In this document: positions 1 through 8,191 of the stretch, one piece after another
Numbering within the stretch: position 1 is the first letter of the stretch
Layout of the letters: each line of letters begins with the position of its first letter
Assembly (NCBI GenBank): GCA_035700865.1
Contig: DASSOH010000024.1
Location: 18,201 to 82,200 of the forward strand
Source: Candidatus Limnocylindria bacterium
Lineage (GTDB): Bacteria; Chloroflexota; Limnocylindria; QHBO01
Direction: 5' to 3'
Length of the DNA stretch: 64,000 nucleotides
Translations under genes and position numbers: made by a program
The notes under the pieces: model-generated
Told to the model about the DNA's origin: nothing
Databases searched by the model: none
What the model saw: the letters and a program-made list of their open reading frames with translations, nothing else

Positions 1-84
1 CCGTCGGTTCGCCCGCGCGGAGCGCAGCAGCGACCGGGATCGTCGCCGGGCGACGAGATGGACGTCGACGACATCCCCTTCTAG
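1..84 (+). CDS. ssb: single-stranded DNA-binding protein, 3' end (partial)
   Basis: In-frame tail ...GDEMDVDDIPF* matches the conserved acidic SSB C-terminus (DDDIPF). It lies directly upstream of rpsR, as in rpsF-ssb-rpsR operons. Confidence 0.55.
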   Translation, partial: PSVRPRGAQQRPGSSPGDEMDVDDIPF

Positions 85-102
85 ATCACGAGGACCGATT
101 CC

Positions 103-372
103 ATGGCAAGCCCCCGTTCCCGCCGCGAGACGGCGGACTACTACCGAGATCGCCGGCGTCGCAAGGTCTGCAACTTCTGCGTCGACAAGGCCGAGAGCAT
201 CGACTACAAGGAGGTCAACCGCCTCCGCCGCTACCTGAGCGAGCGCGCGAAGATCGAGCCGCGTCGCAAGACGGGCACCTGCGCGCGTCACCAGCGGATG
301 CTGACCACCGCGCTGAAGCGGGCCCGTCAGGTGGCGCTGCTGCCGTACGCGCCACAGCACCTCCGCCCCTGA
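103..372 (+). CDS. rpsR: 30S ribosomal protein S18
   Basis: 89 aa. Motifs [48 protein letters not shown] are diagnostic of S18. Confidence 0.93.
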   Translation: MASPRSRRETADYYRDRRRRKVCNFCVDKAESIDYKEVNRLRRYLSERAKIEPRRKTGTCARHQRMLTTALKRARQVALLPYAPQHLRP

Positions 373-422
373 TCGACCGATGAGCCGGGCCGCCTCGCTG
401 GCGGCCCGATCGGTTCCCGCAC

Positions 423-1229
423 GTGCTGACCGCCCTCCTCCTCTTCCTCGGCGGCCTGGGTGCCGGCGTCTTCGGATCGCTCCTCGGGCTGGGCGGCGGC
501 ATCCTCCTGGTGCCGCTGCTCACCGTCGGCTTCGGCTACTCGATCGTGAGCGCGGTGGGCACCAGCCTGGTGTGCGTGGTCGCGACGTCCGCTGGCGCCG
601 CATCCCGCTACGTCCGCACCGGCCAGGCGGACGTGCGGCTCGGCATCACCCTGGAGGTGGCGACCGCGACCGGCGCGCTGGCCGGCGGCTTCGTTGCCGG
701 CATCATCCCGGAGCGGCTGCTGGCGGGCTTCTTCGCGCTCCTGCTGCTGTACACCGCCTACACCCTGGGCCGGCGCGCCTTGGCGCCGACGCCCGCCGGC
801 ACCGCGCCCGAGGCGCGCTCGTGGGCCCGAGCGGGCGAGGAGGCGCCGGCGTATCGCACCACGCGGCTGCCGGCCGCGATGGCCGGGTCGCTGGGAGCGG
901 GCGTCATCTCGGCCCTGCTGGGCATCGGCGGCGGGATCGTGAAGGTGCCGATCGTCCACCTGGTGATGGGCGCCCCCATGCACGTCTCGGTCGCCACCAG
1001 CAACTTCATCATCGGGGTGACCGCCGCGACCGGCGCCTACGTCTACCTGTTCCGCGGCGAGATCAGCCCGGCCGTGGCCGGGCCGGTCGTGCTCGGCGTG
1101 GCGCTGGGGGCGGCCGCCGGCGCGCGGATCTCGGGTCGCGTCAGCGGACGGTGGCTGTCATTCGTGTTCCTGGCGGTCCTGCTGTTCACCGCCTTCCAGA
1201 TGGCGCAGCGCGCGCTGGGTGCCGCATGA
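423..1229 (+). CDS. TauE/SafE (DUF81) family sulfite/anion exporter membrane protein
   Basis: GTG start. Two internally repeated halves with GxGGG motifs (LLGLGGGILLVPLL and LLGIGGGIVKVPIV), multi-TM, 268 aa. Confidence 0.8.
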   Translation: MLTALLLFLGGLGAGVFGSLLGLGGGILLVPLLTVGFGYSIVSAVGTSLVCVVATSAGAASRYVRTGQADVRLGITLEVATATGALAGGFVAGIIPERLLAGFFALLLLYTAYTLGRRALAPTPAGTAPEARSWARAGEEAPAYRTTRLPAAMAGSLGAGVISALLGIGGGIVKVPIVHLVMGAPMHVSVATSNFIIGVTAATGAYVYLFRGEISPAVAGPVVLGVALGAAAGARISGRVSGRWLSFVFLAVLLFTAFQMAQRALGAA

Positions 1230-1627
1230 GCGCCCCGACCACGGCACCCGATGTCGCGCCGGCGGGTGGTCCACTGCGTCGATGGGTGTCGACCGTCCTG
1301 ACCATCGGCGTGTGGAGCGCCGTCGCCCTCGTGGCCGTCGGGATCGGCTGGGCGGTGCTGGCCGGCCGCTCCCTGGAGCTGGCGCCGGGGTCGCTGCTGG
1401 ACGAGCTGACGGCCGGGGAGCCGGGGAGCGTGGTGCTGCTGGGCATCCTGCTGCTGGTGCTGACGCCGGTGGCGCAGCTGGTGGCCGCCGTGGCGGCCTT
1501 CGCGCGCAACCGTGAGCGGGGCTACGTGATCGTGACGCTCGTCGTCCTGGGTGTGCTCGTCTTCAGCCTGGTCCTGGCCGCCCTCACCGGCGGGGGCCCC
1601 GAGTCGGCGGCCGGCGTCCTCGTTTGA
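1226..1627 (+). CDS. DUF1634-like small membrane protein, partner of TauE
   Basis: ATG overlaps the TauE stop (ATGA). About 133 aa with 3-4 TM helices. DUF1634 genes are typically adjacent to DUF81/TauE genes. The upstream part of ORF 380..1627 is a spurious extension. Confidence 0.5.
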   Translation: MSAPTTAPDVAPAGGPLRRWVSTVLTIGVWSAVALVAVGIGWAVLAGRSLELAPGSLLDELTAGEPGSVVLLGILLLVLTPVAQLVAAVAAFARNRERGYVIVTLVVLGVLVFSLVLAALTGGGPESAAGVLV

Positions 1628-1654
1628 CGCGGGCGCCCGGGGTCGGCGACACTC

Positions 1655-1765
1655 CACCGGCCCGAGGGGGAGTACCCCTGACAGGTGTCATCGTCAGGAC
1701 GGCGGGATGGATCCCGTCCGGTGGCACCGGCCGATCGCAATGGTCGGGAGAGACCTTCGGCGATC
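1655..1765 (+). ncRNA. yybP-ykoY (manganese) riboswitch upstream of TerC
   Basis: GGGGGAGUAC...GUGUCAUCG...GGGAGAGACCUUCGG matches conserved yybP-ykoY blocks (GGGGAGUAG / GUCAUAC / GGAGAGACCUUU). It sits in the 155-nt gap immediately 5' of a TerC-family gene, the canonical regulated gene class. Confidence 0.6.
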
Positions 1766-1782
1766 GGTAGGAGGCTGCACTG

Positions 1783-2703
1783 GTGCCCGAACTCGTTTCG
1801 TGGTCGATCTTCGCGATCGCCATCTTCGGCCTGCTCGCCCTGGACCTGTTCGTCTTCCACCGCGAGGCGAAGCCGGTCGGCATGCGCGAGGCGTCCGTCT
1901 GGGTCACCGTGTGGGTGTGCCTGGGCCTCGCGTTCGGGGCGTTCATCTTCCTGACGCGCGGGGCGACCAGCGGCGGTGAGTACCTGGCCGGGTACCTCAT
2001 CGAGTACTCGCTCTCGATGGACAACGTCTTCGTCTTCGCCGTGCTCTTCGCGTACTTCGCCGTCCCGGCGCAGTACCAGCATCGGCTGCTCTTCTGGGGC
2101 GTCATCGGCGCGATCGTCTTCCGCGCCGTGTTCATCGTCGCCGGCACGGCGCTGCTGGAGGCGTTCCACGTCGTCATCTACGTCTTCGGCGCGCTGCTGC
2201 TCGTGACGGCCTGGCGCATGGTGACCGCCGGGACCGAGAACGTGGACCCCAACGCCAACCCGTTCCTGCGCCTGATGCGCCGTGTCATCCCGGTGACCGA
2301 GGACTACCAGGGCCAGCGCTTCTTCGTCCGTCGTGGCGGCCGGCTGTGGGCCACGCCGCTGTTCGCGGCGCTGGTGGTGATCGAGTCGAGCGACATCATG
2401 TTCGCCATCGACAGCGTCCCGGCCATCCTCTCGATCACGACCGACACCTTCATCGTCTTCACCTCGAACGCGTTCGCCATCATGGGCCTCAGGTCGCTGT
2501 ACTTCCTGCTGGCCGGGCTGATCGATCGGTTCGAGTACCTGAAGTACGGCCTGGCGGCGCTGCTGGCCTTCGCCGGCGTGAAGATGCTGCTCAGCGACGT
2601 GGTGCACCTGGACGTCTGGGTCTCACTGGGCATCATCGTCGCCATCCTGGCCAGCTCGATCGTGATCTCGCTGATGGCGACCCGAACGGTCGGGCGGGCG
2701 TAG
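1783..2703 (+). CDS. TerC family integral membrane protein (Alx/MntP-like Mn efflux candidate)
   Basis: GTG start behind AGGAGG. TerC signatures include EYSLSMDNVFVFAVLF and a second repeat DSVPAILSITTDTFIVFTSNAFAIMGLRSLYF. Confidence 0.85.
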   Translation: MPELVSWSIFAIAIFGLLALDLFVFHREAKPVGMREASVWVTVWVCLGLAFGAFIFLTRGATSGGEYLAGYLIEYSLSMDNVFVFAVLFAYFAVPAQYQHRLLFWGVIGAIVFRAVFIVAGTALLEAFHVVIYVFGALLLVTAWRMVTAGTENVDPNANPFLRLMRRVIPVTEDYQGQRFFVRRGGRLWATPLFAALVVIESSDIMFAIDSVPAILSITTDTFIVFTSNAFAIMGLRSLYFLLAGLIDRFEYLKYGLAALLAFAGVKMLLSDVVHLDVWVSLGIIVAILASSIVISLMATRTVGRA

Positions 2704-2711
2704 CCCAGCCG

Positions 2712-3842
2712 ATGGACGTCGTCCTGCTGGTCGTCGCGCTCGGCGTGATCCTCGGTTCCGCCGAGCTGTTCACCAACGGGATCGAGTGGTTCGGTCACAA
2801 GCTCGACCTGGCCGAAGGAGCGGTGGGCAGCGTGCTGGCGGCCGTCGCCACGGCCATGCCGGAGACGCTGATCCCGACCATCGCCATCGTGGGGCCGGCG
2901 CTGAGCGGTCGGGATCCGCAGGCGTCACACGAGATCGGCGTCGGCGCCATCCTGGGCGCCCCGTTCATGCTGTCGACGGTCGCCATGTTCGTGACCGGCG
3001 CGGCCGTCCTCGCCTTCGCGCGTCGCGGCCGGCGGACGGAGGCGATGGACGTCTCGACCCCGGTGCTCGGGCGCGACATCAGCTTCTTCGTCATCGGGTA
3101 TGCCATCGCCATCGGGACGGCGTTCCTGCCCGCGGACCCGTGGATCCGGTGGCCGGTCGCGGCCCTGCTGCTCGGGATGTACCTGTACTACGTGCGGCTC
3201 CACTTCGCCGACGAGCGCGAGGAAGGCGACGCCTCCGACCTGAACCGCCTGCACGCCACGCGGCTGCCGGGCGTCCGGCGAGGAAGCGCCATCGAGGTCC
3301 GTCTCCTGCCGGACGACGCCGATGAGCGGGATCACCTCTCGGTGGCCACCCACCACGAGCCCCGGATGCGGGTCATCGTCGGCCAGGTGGTGGCGGCCAT
3401 GGTGCTGATCGTGGTCGGGGCGCAGGTCTTCGTCGGCTCGGTCGACCGCATCGCCACCGCGATCAGCTTCGACCGCACCATCCTGGCGCTGATCATTGCC
3501 CCCATCGCGACCGAGCTGCCCGAGAAGTTCAACAGCGTGCTCTGGGTGCGCAACGGGAAGGACACGCTGGCGATGGGCAACATCACCGGCGCCATGGTGT
3601 TCCAGTCGTGCATCCCGACCGTGCTCGGCCTGCTGTTCACCGCCTGGACGTTCACGCCGGAGAACGCCATCGGCTTCGCCTCCGCGGGGGTCGCCTTCGT
3701 GGCCGTGGCGCTGATCTTCGGCACCATGCTGCGCACCGGCCGCCTCTCCGCGAAGGTGCTGCTGCTGGGCGGCCCGCTGTACCTGGTGTACCTCTGGCTG
3801 GCCCTGGCGAGCCCGCTGGGTGGCGCCGCCATCGGTGCCTGA
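2712..3842 (+). CDS. Na+/Ca2+ exchanger (CaCA/YrbG) family membrane protein
   Basis: ATG follows the TerC stop. Two alpha-repeat regions (GSAELFTNGIEW..., GNITGAMVFQSCIPTVLGL), typical of sodium/calcium antiporters. The upstream part of ORF 2346..3842 is a spurious extension. Confidence 0.75.
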   Translation: MDVVLLVVALGVILGSAELFTNGIEWFGHKLDLAEGAVGSVLAAVATAMPETLIPTIAIVGPALSGRDPQASHEIGVGAILGAPFMLSTVAMFVTGAAVLAFARRGRRTEAMDVSTPVLGRDISFFVIGYAIAIGTAFLPADPWIRWPVAALLLGMYLYYVRLHFADEREEGDASDLNRLHATRLPGVRRGSAIEVRLLPDDADERDHLSVATHHEPRMRVIVGQVVAAMVLIVVGAQVFVGSVDRIATAISFDRTILALIIAPIATELPEKFNSVLWVRNGKDTLAMGNITGAMVFQSCIPTVLGLLFTAWTFTPENAIGFASAGVAFVAVALIFGTMLRTGRLSAKVLLLGGPLYLVYLWLALASPLGGAAIGA

Positions 3843-3844
3843 GC

Positions 3845-3868
3845 GGTCGGCGCGCGCCGCGCGACCGG
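3845..3868 (+). terminator. GC-rich hairpin after antiporter gene
   Basis: Imperfect inverted repeat ggtcggcgcgcg/ccgcgcgacc immediately after the stop. No U-tract. Confidence 0.2.
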
Positions 3869-3924
3869 AGGACCATCGGCCCGTCCGGGAGGCCGGATGG
3901 CAGGCGGGCGACCGAGCGACCGTC

Positions 3925-3932
3925 GGTATACT
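3925..3932 (+). promoter_or_regulatory. -10 element GGTATACT upstream of ilvE
   Basis: Same (T)GGTATACT-type motif recurs upstream of rpmF, rpsB, rplS, nusA, rpsO and the Zn-peptidase gene in this window. It lies about 70 nt 5' of the ilvE start. Confidence 0.35.
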
Positions 3933-4001
3933 TCTTGCGCTCGCTGTCCGTCGATGGCGCGTGCGACGACCGCCGTCCGACCCGACGACAAGGAGGCCAG
4001 A

Positions 4002-4964
4002 GTGCTGAAGCAGGAACCCCGACCCCAGCCGGCGTCGGTGGAATCCACGACCGAGCTGTGGGCGTTCTTCCGGGGCGAATTCGTCCCGCTGCGCGAAGCG
4101 AACATCAACGTCATGACCCACGGCTTCAACTACGGGACGGGCGTCTTCGAGGGGATCCGCGCCTACTGGAACGGCGACGAGGAGCAGCTCTTCGCGCTGG
4201 AGCTGATCGCGCACTACGAGCGCATCCGGAACTCGGCGCGGCTGCTGATGATGGACGTCAAGCAGTCGGCGCAGGAGCTGGCCGACATCACCGTCGAGCT
4301 GCTCCGCCGCGACGGGCTGCGCGAGGACGTCTACATCCGGCCCATCGTCTACAAGAGCTCCGAGACGATCGGCGTGCGCCTCCACAACCTCGACTCCGAG
4401 ATCACGATCTTCGGCGTGCCCTTCGGCCAGTACATCGACACCGAGGGCGGCGTCCGCGCCCAGGTCTCCAGCTGGCGCCGGACCGATGACAACGCCGTCC
4501 CGGCCCGCGGCAAGATCACCGGCGCCTACGTCAACTCCGCCCTGGCCAAGAGCGAGGCCCAGCTCAACGGCTACGACGAGGCGATCGTGCTGACCGCCGA
4601 CGGCCACGTCAGCGAGGGCAGCGCCGAGAACATCTTCCTGATCAAGGACCGGACCCTCGTCACGCCGGCCGCCACCGACAACATCCTGGAGGGCATCACC
4701 AGGCGTCGCCTGATCGAGATCGCCCGGACCCGTCTGGAGCTGCCGGTCGTCGAGCGCAGCGTGGACCGGACGGAGCTGTACGCCGCCGACGAGATCTTCC
4801 TGTGCGGCACCGGCGCGCAGATCAGCCCGGTGATCGAGGTGGACCGCCGCGCCGTGGGAAGCGGCCGGCCCGGCACGATCACGCGCGAGCTGTCGCGCAT
4901 CTACTTCGACGCGGTGCGCGGGAAGGTCCCCGAGTACCGCGAGTGGCTGACGCCGGTCTACTAG
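4002..4964 (+). CDS. ilvE: branched-chain amino acid aminotransferase
   Basis: GTG start 5 nt after AAGGAGG. Class IV aminotransferase motifs (FVPLREANINVMTHGFNYGTGVFEGIRAY, ETIGVRLHNL, LTADGHVSEGSAENIF). The ORF-track start at 3897 lacks an RBS. Confidence 0.9.
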   Translation: MLKQEPRPQPASVESTTELWAFFRGEFVPLREANINVMTHGFNYGTGVFEGIRAYWNGDEEQLFALELIAHYERIRNSARLLMMDVKQSAQELADITVELLRRDGLREDVYIRPIVYKSSETIGVRLHNLDSEITIFGVPFGQYIDTEGGVRAQVSSWRRTDDNAVPARGKITGAYVNSALAKSEAQLNGYDEAIVLTADGHVSEGSAENIFLIKDRTLVTPAATDNILEGITRRRLIEIARTRLELPVVERSVDRTELYAADEIFLCGTGAQISPVIEVDRRAVGSGRPGTITRELSRIYFDAVRGKVPEYREWLTPVY

Positions 4965-5018
4965 GAGAAGCGGCGCGGCGGGATCGGCGTCGTCGCTGAC
5001 CGGTCCGCGGCCGGCCAG

Positions 5019-6680
5019 GTGAGGATGACGAACGCCGAACCCCGCGATCGGTACCACGCACTCGGACGGCTGCTCGAGATGGTGCCTGGCACCATCTCGT
5101 GGGCCGTCCTCATCCTGCCCATCTGGCTGAGCTTCAGCTACCCGTGGCTGGTCGCCTACTTCGTCCTCAGCTTCGACTTCTACTGGTTGTGCCGGGCGCT
5201 GTGGTTCAGCGCCGCGGTGATCGTGGCCTACCGGCGCATCCGCCGGGTGGGCCGGGTCGACTGGATGGACCGCCTCGGGCGGCTCGAGCGGCTGCTGACC
5301 GAGCAGCGGAGCCACGGGCCGATCGCGCCCGAGCAGCGATCTCGCGCGGCGCTGGGGATCTCGCTCACGGGCCGCGTGACGGCCGACGAGCGGCGGTCGG
5401 CGCGAGAGGAGCTCGACGACCGCCGCCTGGTCCACGCGCTGCCGGATGACCCGCCGCGCGTCGACGAGATCACTCACCTGGCGCTGATCCCGACCTACAC
5501 CGAGTCGCTCGAGAAGCTGCGCCACACCGTGCGCGCGCTGGCCGAGGCGGCGTGGCCGAAGGAGCGGAAGATCTGCGCCATCATCACCCGCGAGACCGAC
5601 GCGGGCGGCCGCGACAACGTCGCGCGGCTGCGCGAGGAGTTCGGCGACGCCTTCGCCGAGTTCATCCACATCCTGGACCCGCTCGAACCGGGCATCGTCG
5701 TCGGCAAGTCGAGCGCCATGGCATGGGGTGGGCGCTACCTGTATCGGCTGCTGGTGCGCGAGCGGGGGATGGATCCTCGACGCATCCTGGTCACCGACCT
5801 GGACGCCGACTACCGGGTGCACCCCCAGTACTTCGCCTACCTGACCTGGGCTCACCTGACCGATCCGAACCGCGAGACGCAGCTCTACCAGCCGATCCCG
5901 TACTTCCACAACAACCTGTGGGAGGCACCGGTGCTGCAGCGGCTGTTCGCCGCCGTGCTGACCCAGCTCCAGATGTGGCGCAGCGTGCTGCCGGAGAAGC
6001 TGCAGAGCTTCGGCTCGTACTCGACCACGCTGCACCTGGTGCACGACGTCGGGTACTGGGCCACCGACGCCATCCCCGAGGACAGCCGCTTCTACTGGAA
6101 GAGCTACTTCCGGTACGGCGACCGGTTCCGCGCGGTGCCGCTGTTCATGCCGATCTACGGCGACGCCGTCCGCGCTCGCGGCTACTGGCGCAGCATGGCG
6201 GAGCAGTACCTGCAGGCCCGTCGCTGGGCGTGGGGCGTGACGGACATCCCGTACGTCATCGAGAACGCGCTGAACCACCCGGAGATCCCGTTCTGGTCGC
6301 GCTTCTGGCGGATCCTGAACCTGTTCGGCGAGCACATCAACTGGGCGATCGCGCCATTCGTCGTGATGTTCGGGGCGACCGTCCCCCTGCTGATCAACCC
6401 CGCCTTCGGCGAGACGACGCTCGGCCAGAACCTGCCGCTGTTCGCGAGCGTGATGCTCACCATCGCGCTCGTCAGCCTCTTCGTCCTCATCGTCGTCGAG
6501 CACCGGATCGTGCCGCCGCGCCCCGCGGAGTGGGGTCCAGTCCAGCGCATCGTGAGCTACGTCCAGTGGCTGGGGCTGCCGTTCGTCGGCATCTTCTTCA
6601 GCAACCTGCCGGCGCTCGACGCCCAGACGCGCCTGCTGACCGGTCGGTACCTGGAGTACCGGGTCACCGAGAAGGCCTGA
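5019..6680 (+). CDS. membrane-embedded processive GT2 glycosyltransferase (cellulose/chitin/PNAG-synthase-like)
   Basis: 2 N-terminal TM helices and a GT-A core with DLDADY (DxD), PEDSRFYWKSYFRYG (TED-like) and LQARRWAWG (QxxRW), then at least 4 C-terminal TM helices. 553 aa. Confidence 0.6.
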   Translation: MRMTNAEPRDRYHALGRLLEMVPGTISWAVLILPIWLSFSYPWLVAYFVLSFDFYWLCRALWFSAAVIVAYRRIRRVGRVDWMDRLGRLERLLTEQRSHGPIAPEQRSRAALGISLTGRVTADERRSAREELDDRRLVHALPDDPPRVDEITHLALIPTYTESLEKLRHTVRALAEAAWPKERKICAIITRETDAGGRDNVARLREEFGDAFAEFIHILDPLEPGIVVGKSSAMAWGGRYLYRLLVRERGMDPRRILVTDLDADYRVHPQYFAYLTWAHLTDPNRETQLYQPIPYFHNNLWEAPVLQRLFAAVLTQLQMWRSVLPEKLQSFGSYSTTLHLVHDVGYWATDAIPEDSRFYWKSYFRYGDRFRAVPLFMPIYGDAVRARGYWRSMAEQYLQARRWAWGVTDIPYVIENALNHPEIPFWSRFWRILNLFGEHINWAIAPFVVMFGATVPLLINPAFGETTLGQNLPLFASVMLTIALVSLFVLIVVEHRIVPPRPAEWGPVQRIVSYVQWLGLPFVGIFFSNLPALDAQTRLLTGRYLEYRVTEKA

Positions 6681-6684
6681 CCCG

Positions 6685-7821
6685 ATGACCGATCGCGTGC
6701 CCCCCATCGCCCGCGTGCGGCTGGCCCGTTCGCTCCCGCGCCTGCTCGCGCTGCCGGCCGTCCTGCTGCTGCTTGGCGCGGGCGTCGCGGTCATCGGGCT
6801 GCTCCTGCTGCCGATGCCGGCCGGCGGCATCGTGGCCGTCGCCGCGGCCGTGCTCGTCCTCGTCGGCGCCTGGTGGGCCATCCGCATGCTCAGCGTTCGC
6901 CTGGACGTCGAGGAGGCGGCGGTCCACCTGCACTGGCTGGGCGGCGAGCGTCGCTACGTGCTGACGCCCGGGCCCGTGACGCGCGTCCGCTTCCGCGGCG
7001 ACAACGCCTCGACGCTTCGGGCCCGCAGCTCGTGGCTTGGGTGGCAGCTGGGCGCCGCCACGCTGCGGGACGAAGAGGACATCCAGGTCATCCGGCTGGC
7101 GCCGACCGCGACCGCCATCCTGGTGCCGACCGAGGACGGCCGCCTGGCCATCGCCGCGGCCGACGAGGAGCAGCTGCTCGACGCGCTCACCGAGGCGGCA
7201 CGCGCCCGGCAGCGCCTGGAGGCGGTGGCGCAGCAGGACGCCGCCGAAGCCGCGCCGAACGAAGCGGCGGCGGCGCCTCCCGATCCGGAGTCGGAGCCCC
7301 AGGCCATCGCGCCGGACCCGCGGCTGATGACCGGGATCGAGCGCGCCGCCTACGAGCGTCACCTGGCGGAGGAACGAGCGGCTGCCGAGGCGGCCGCGCT
7401 CGCGGCCGCCGCGGCGCAGGCGGCGACGGAGGAGGAAGAGGCGCGCCGCGCGGCCGAGGCCGGTGCCGGGCCGCAGCCAGCGGACGAGCCCGCCGTCGCC
7501 GCCGAGCGGCCGGCGCGGCCCCGGCGCTGGCGTCCCCGGATCGGGATGCGGATCGAGCGGCCGCGCGCCACCGCCGCCTTCATCCTGCTGCCGATCGCCG
7601 GCGCGGGCGTGGCGTGGGGAATCGGGCTGATCTCGGGCCGGATGCCGGAGCCGACGACCGATCTCGGGCGGCTCACGGCGCTGGCCTTGGTGCTGGCGGG
7701 GCCGGCGACGTCGGTCGGCGCGATCATGGCGCGCGCCTGGTGGCCGCGCATCATCGGCGTGGTCGTGGCGGGCGGCCTGGCCGCGTCCGTCTTCATCGGG
7801 CGGGCGCTGCTGGGCGGTTGA
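6685..7821 (+). CDS. membrane protein with bacterial PH-like (bPH/DUF304-type) domain and Ala/Glu-rich low-complexity linker
   Basis: ATG 5 nt after the GT2 stop, so translationally coupled. Two N-terminal TM helices, then a PH-like segment (LHWLGGERRYVLTPGPVTRVRFRG...). A long AEAAAL-type repeat follows, then C-terminal TM helices. Confidence 0.5.
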   Translation: MTDRVPPIARVRLARSLPRLLALPAVLLLLGAGVAVIGLLLLPMPAGGIVAVAAAVLVLVGAWWAIRMLSVRLDVEEAAVHLHWLGGERRYVLTPGPVTRVRFRGDNASTLRARSSWLGWQLGAATLRDEEDIQVIRLAPTATAILVPTEDGRLAIAAADEEQLLDALTEAARARQRLEAVAQQDAAEAAPNEAAAAPPDPESEPQAIAPDPRLMTGIERAAYERHLAEERAAAEAAALAAAAAQAATEEEEARRAAEAGAGPQPADEPAVAAERPARPRRWRPRIGMRIERPRATAAFILLPIAGAGVAWGIGLISGRMPEPTTDLGRLTALALVLAGPATSVGAIMARAWWPRIIGVVVAGGLAASVFIGRALLGG

Positions 7822-7959
7822 CGCCGGCGCCTCGATTGACAGCGCTCCGGCGCGCTGCGACGATCGGGCGCGAACCGAAGACGGTGACGACGGAGCCACG
7901 GCGGCCGTCCGCACGACCACGAGCGAGCCTGGACGGTGGGAGCAGGCGGCACGGCGACG

Positions 7960-8165
7960 GCGCGTCATCCCTCCCGAGCCGGAGGCGCCAAGCGACCCGC
8001 GCTGGTCCCAGTGCCGGCCGTGCGTAACGCCTCCCGGGTGCGGCCCACCCGATAGCATCGGCCACGAGAGGACCGAGTCCGCGCCCGGAGGGCGCATCGG
8101 TCAAGCGCGGGTGGTACCGCGGGAGTGTTCCCGTCCCGGAGTTCCGGGGCGGGTTTGTCGTTCAT
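7960..8165 (+). ncRNA. T-box riboswitch leader of ileS
   Basis: Conserved T-box sequence AGCGCGGGUGGUACCGCGGG (8104-8123) with the UGGU bulge for the tRNA NCCA end. Terminator hairpin cccgtcccgga-gt-tccggggcggg + UUUGUCGUU (8130-8160) follows. A candidate AUC (Ile) specifier sits at about 8055. Located 5' of ileS. Confidence 0.6.
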
Positions 8166-8191
8166 CGGAGAGTCGAGCGAAGACGCGAGCT

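Noticed and set aside
380-1627. 415-aa ORF spanning rpsR downstream through TauE in another frame
   Set aside because: Its 5' two-thirds overlap the TauE gene out of frame and translate to Arg/Pro-rich junk. Only the 3' part, from ATG 1226 (DUF1634-like), is plausible.
2925-6887. 1320-aa minus-strand ORF, and similar very long minus-strand ORFs (8162..11416, 13416..16382, 30218..31249, 31767..34013, 60047..63814 and others)
   Set aside because: They are antisense to well-supported plus-strand genes (GT2, ileS, priA, smc, ftsK). The translations are Arg/Ala/Gly/Pro-rich low-complexity sequences typical of GC-driven stop-codon depletion. None has motifs or an RBS.
7836-7841. TTGACA -35 hexamer as the ileS T-box promoter
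   Set aside because: The best -10 partner at 17 nt (GACGAT) is weak, so it is mentioned only within the T-box finding and not called as a feature.
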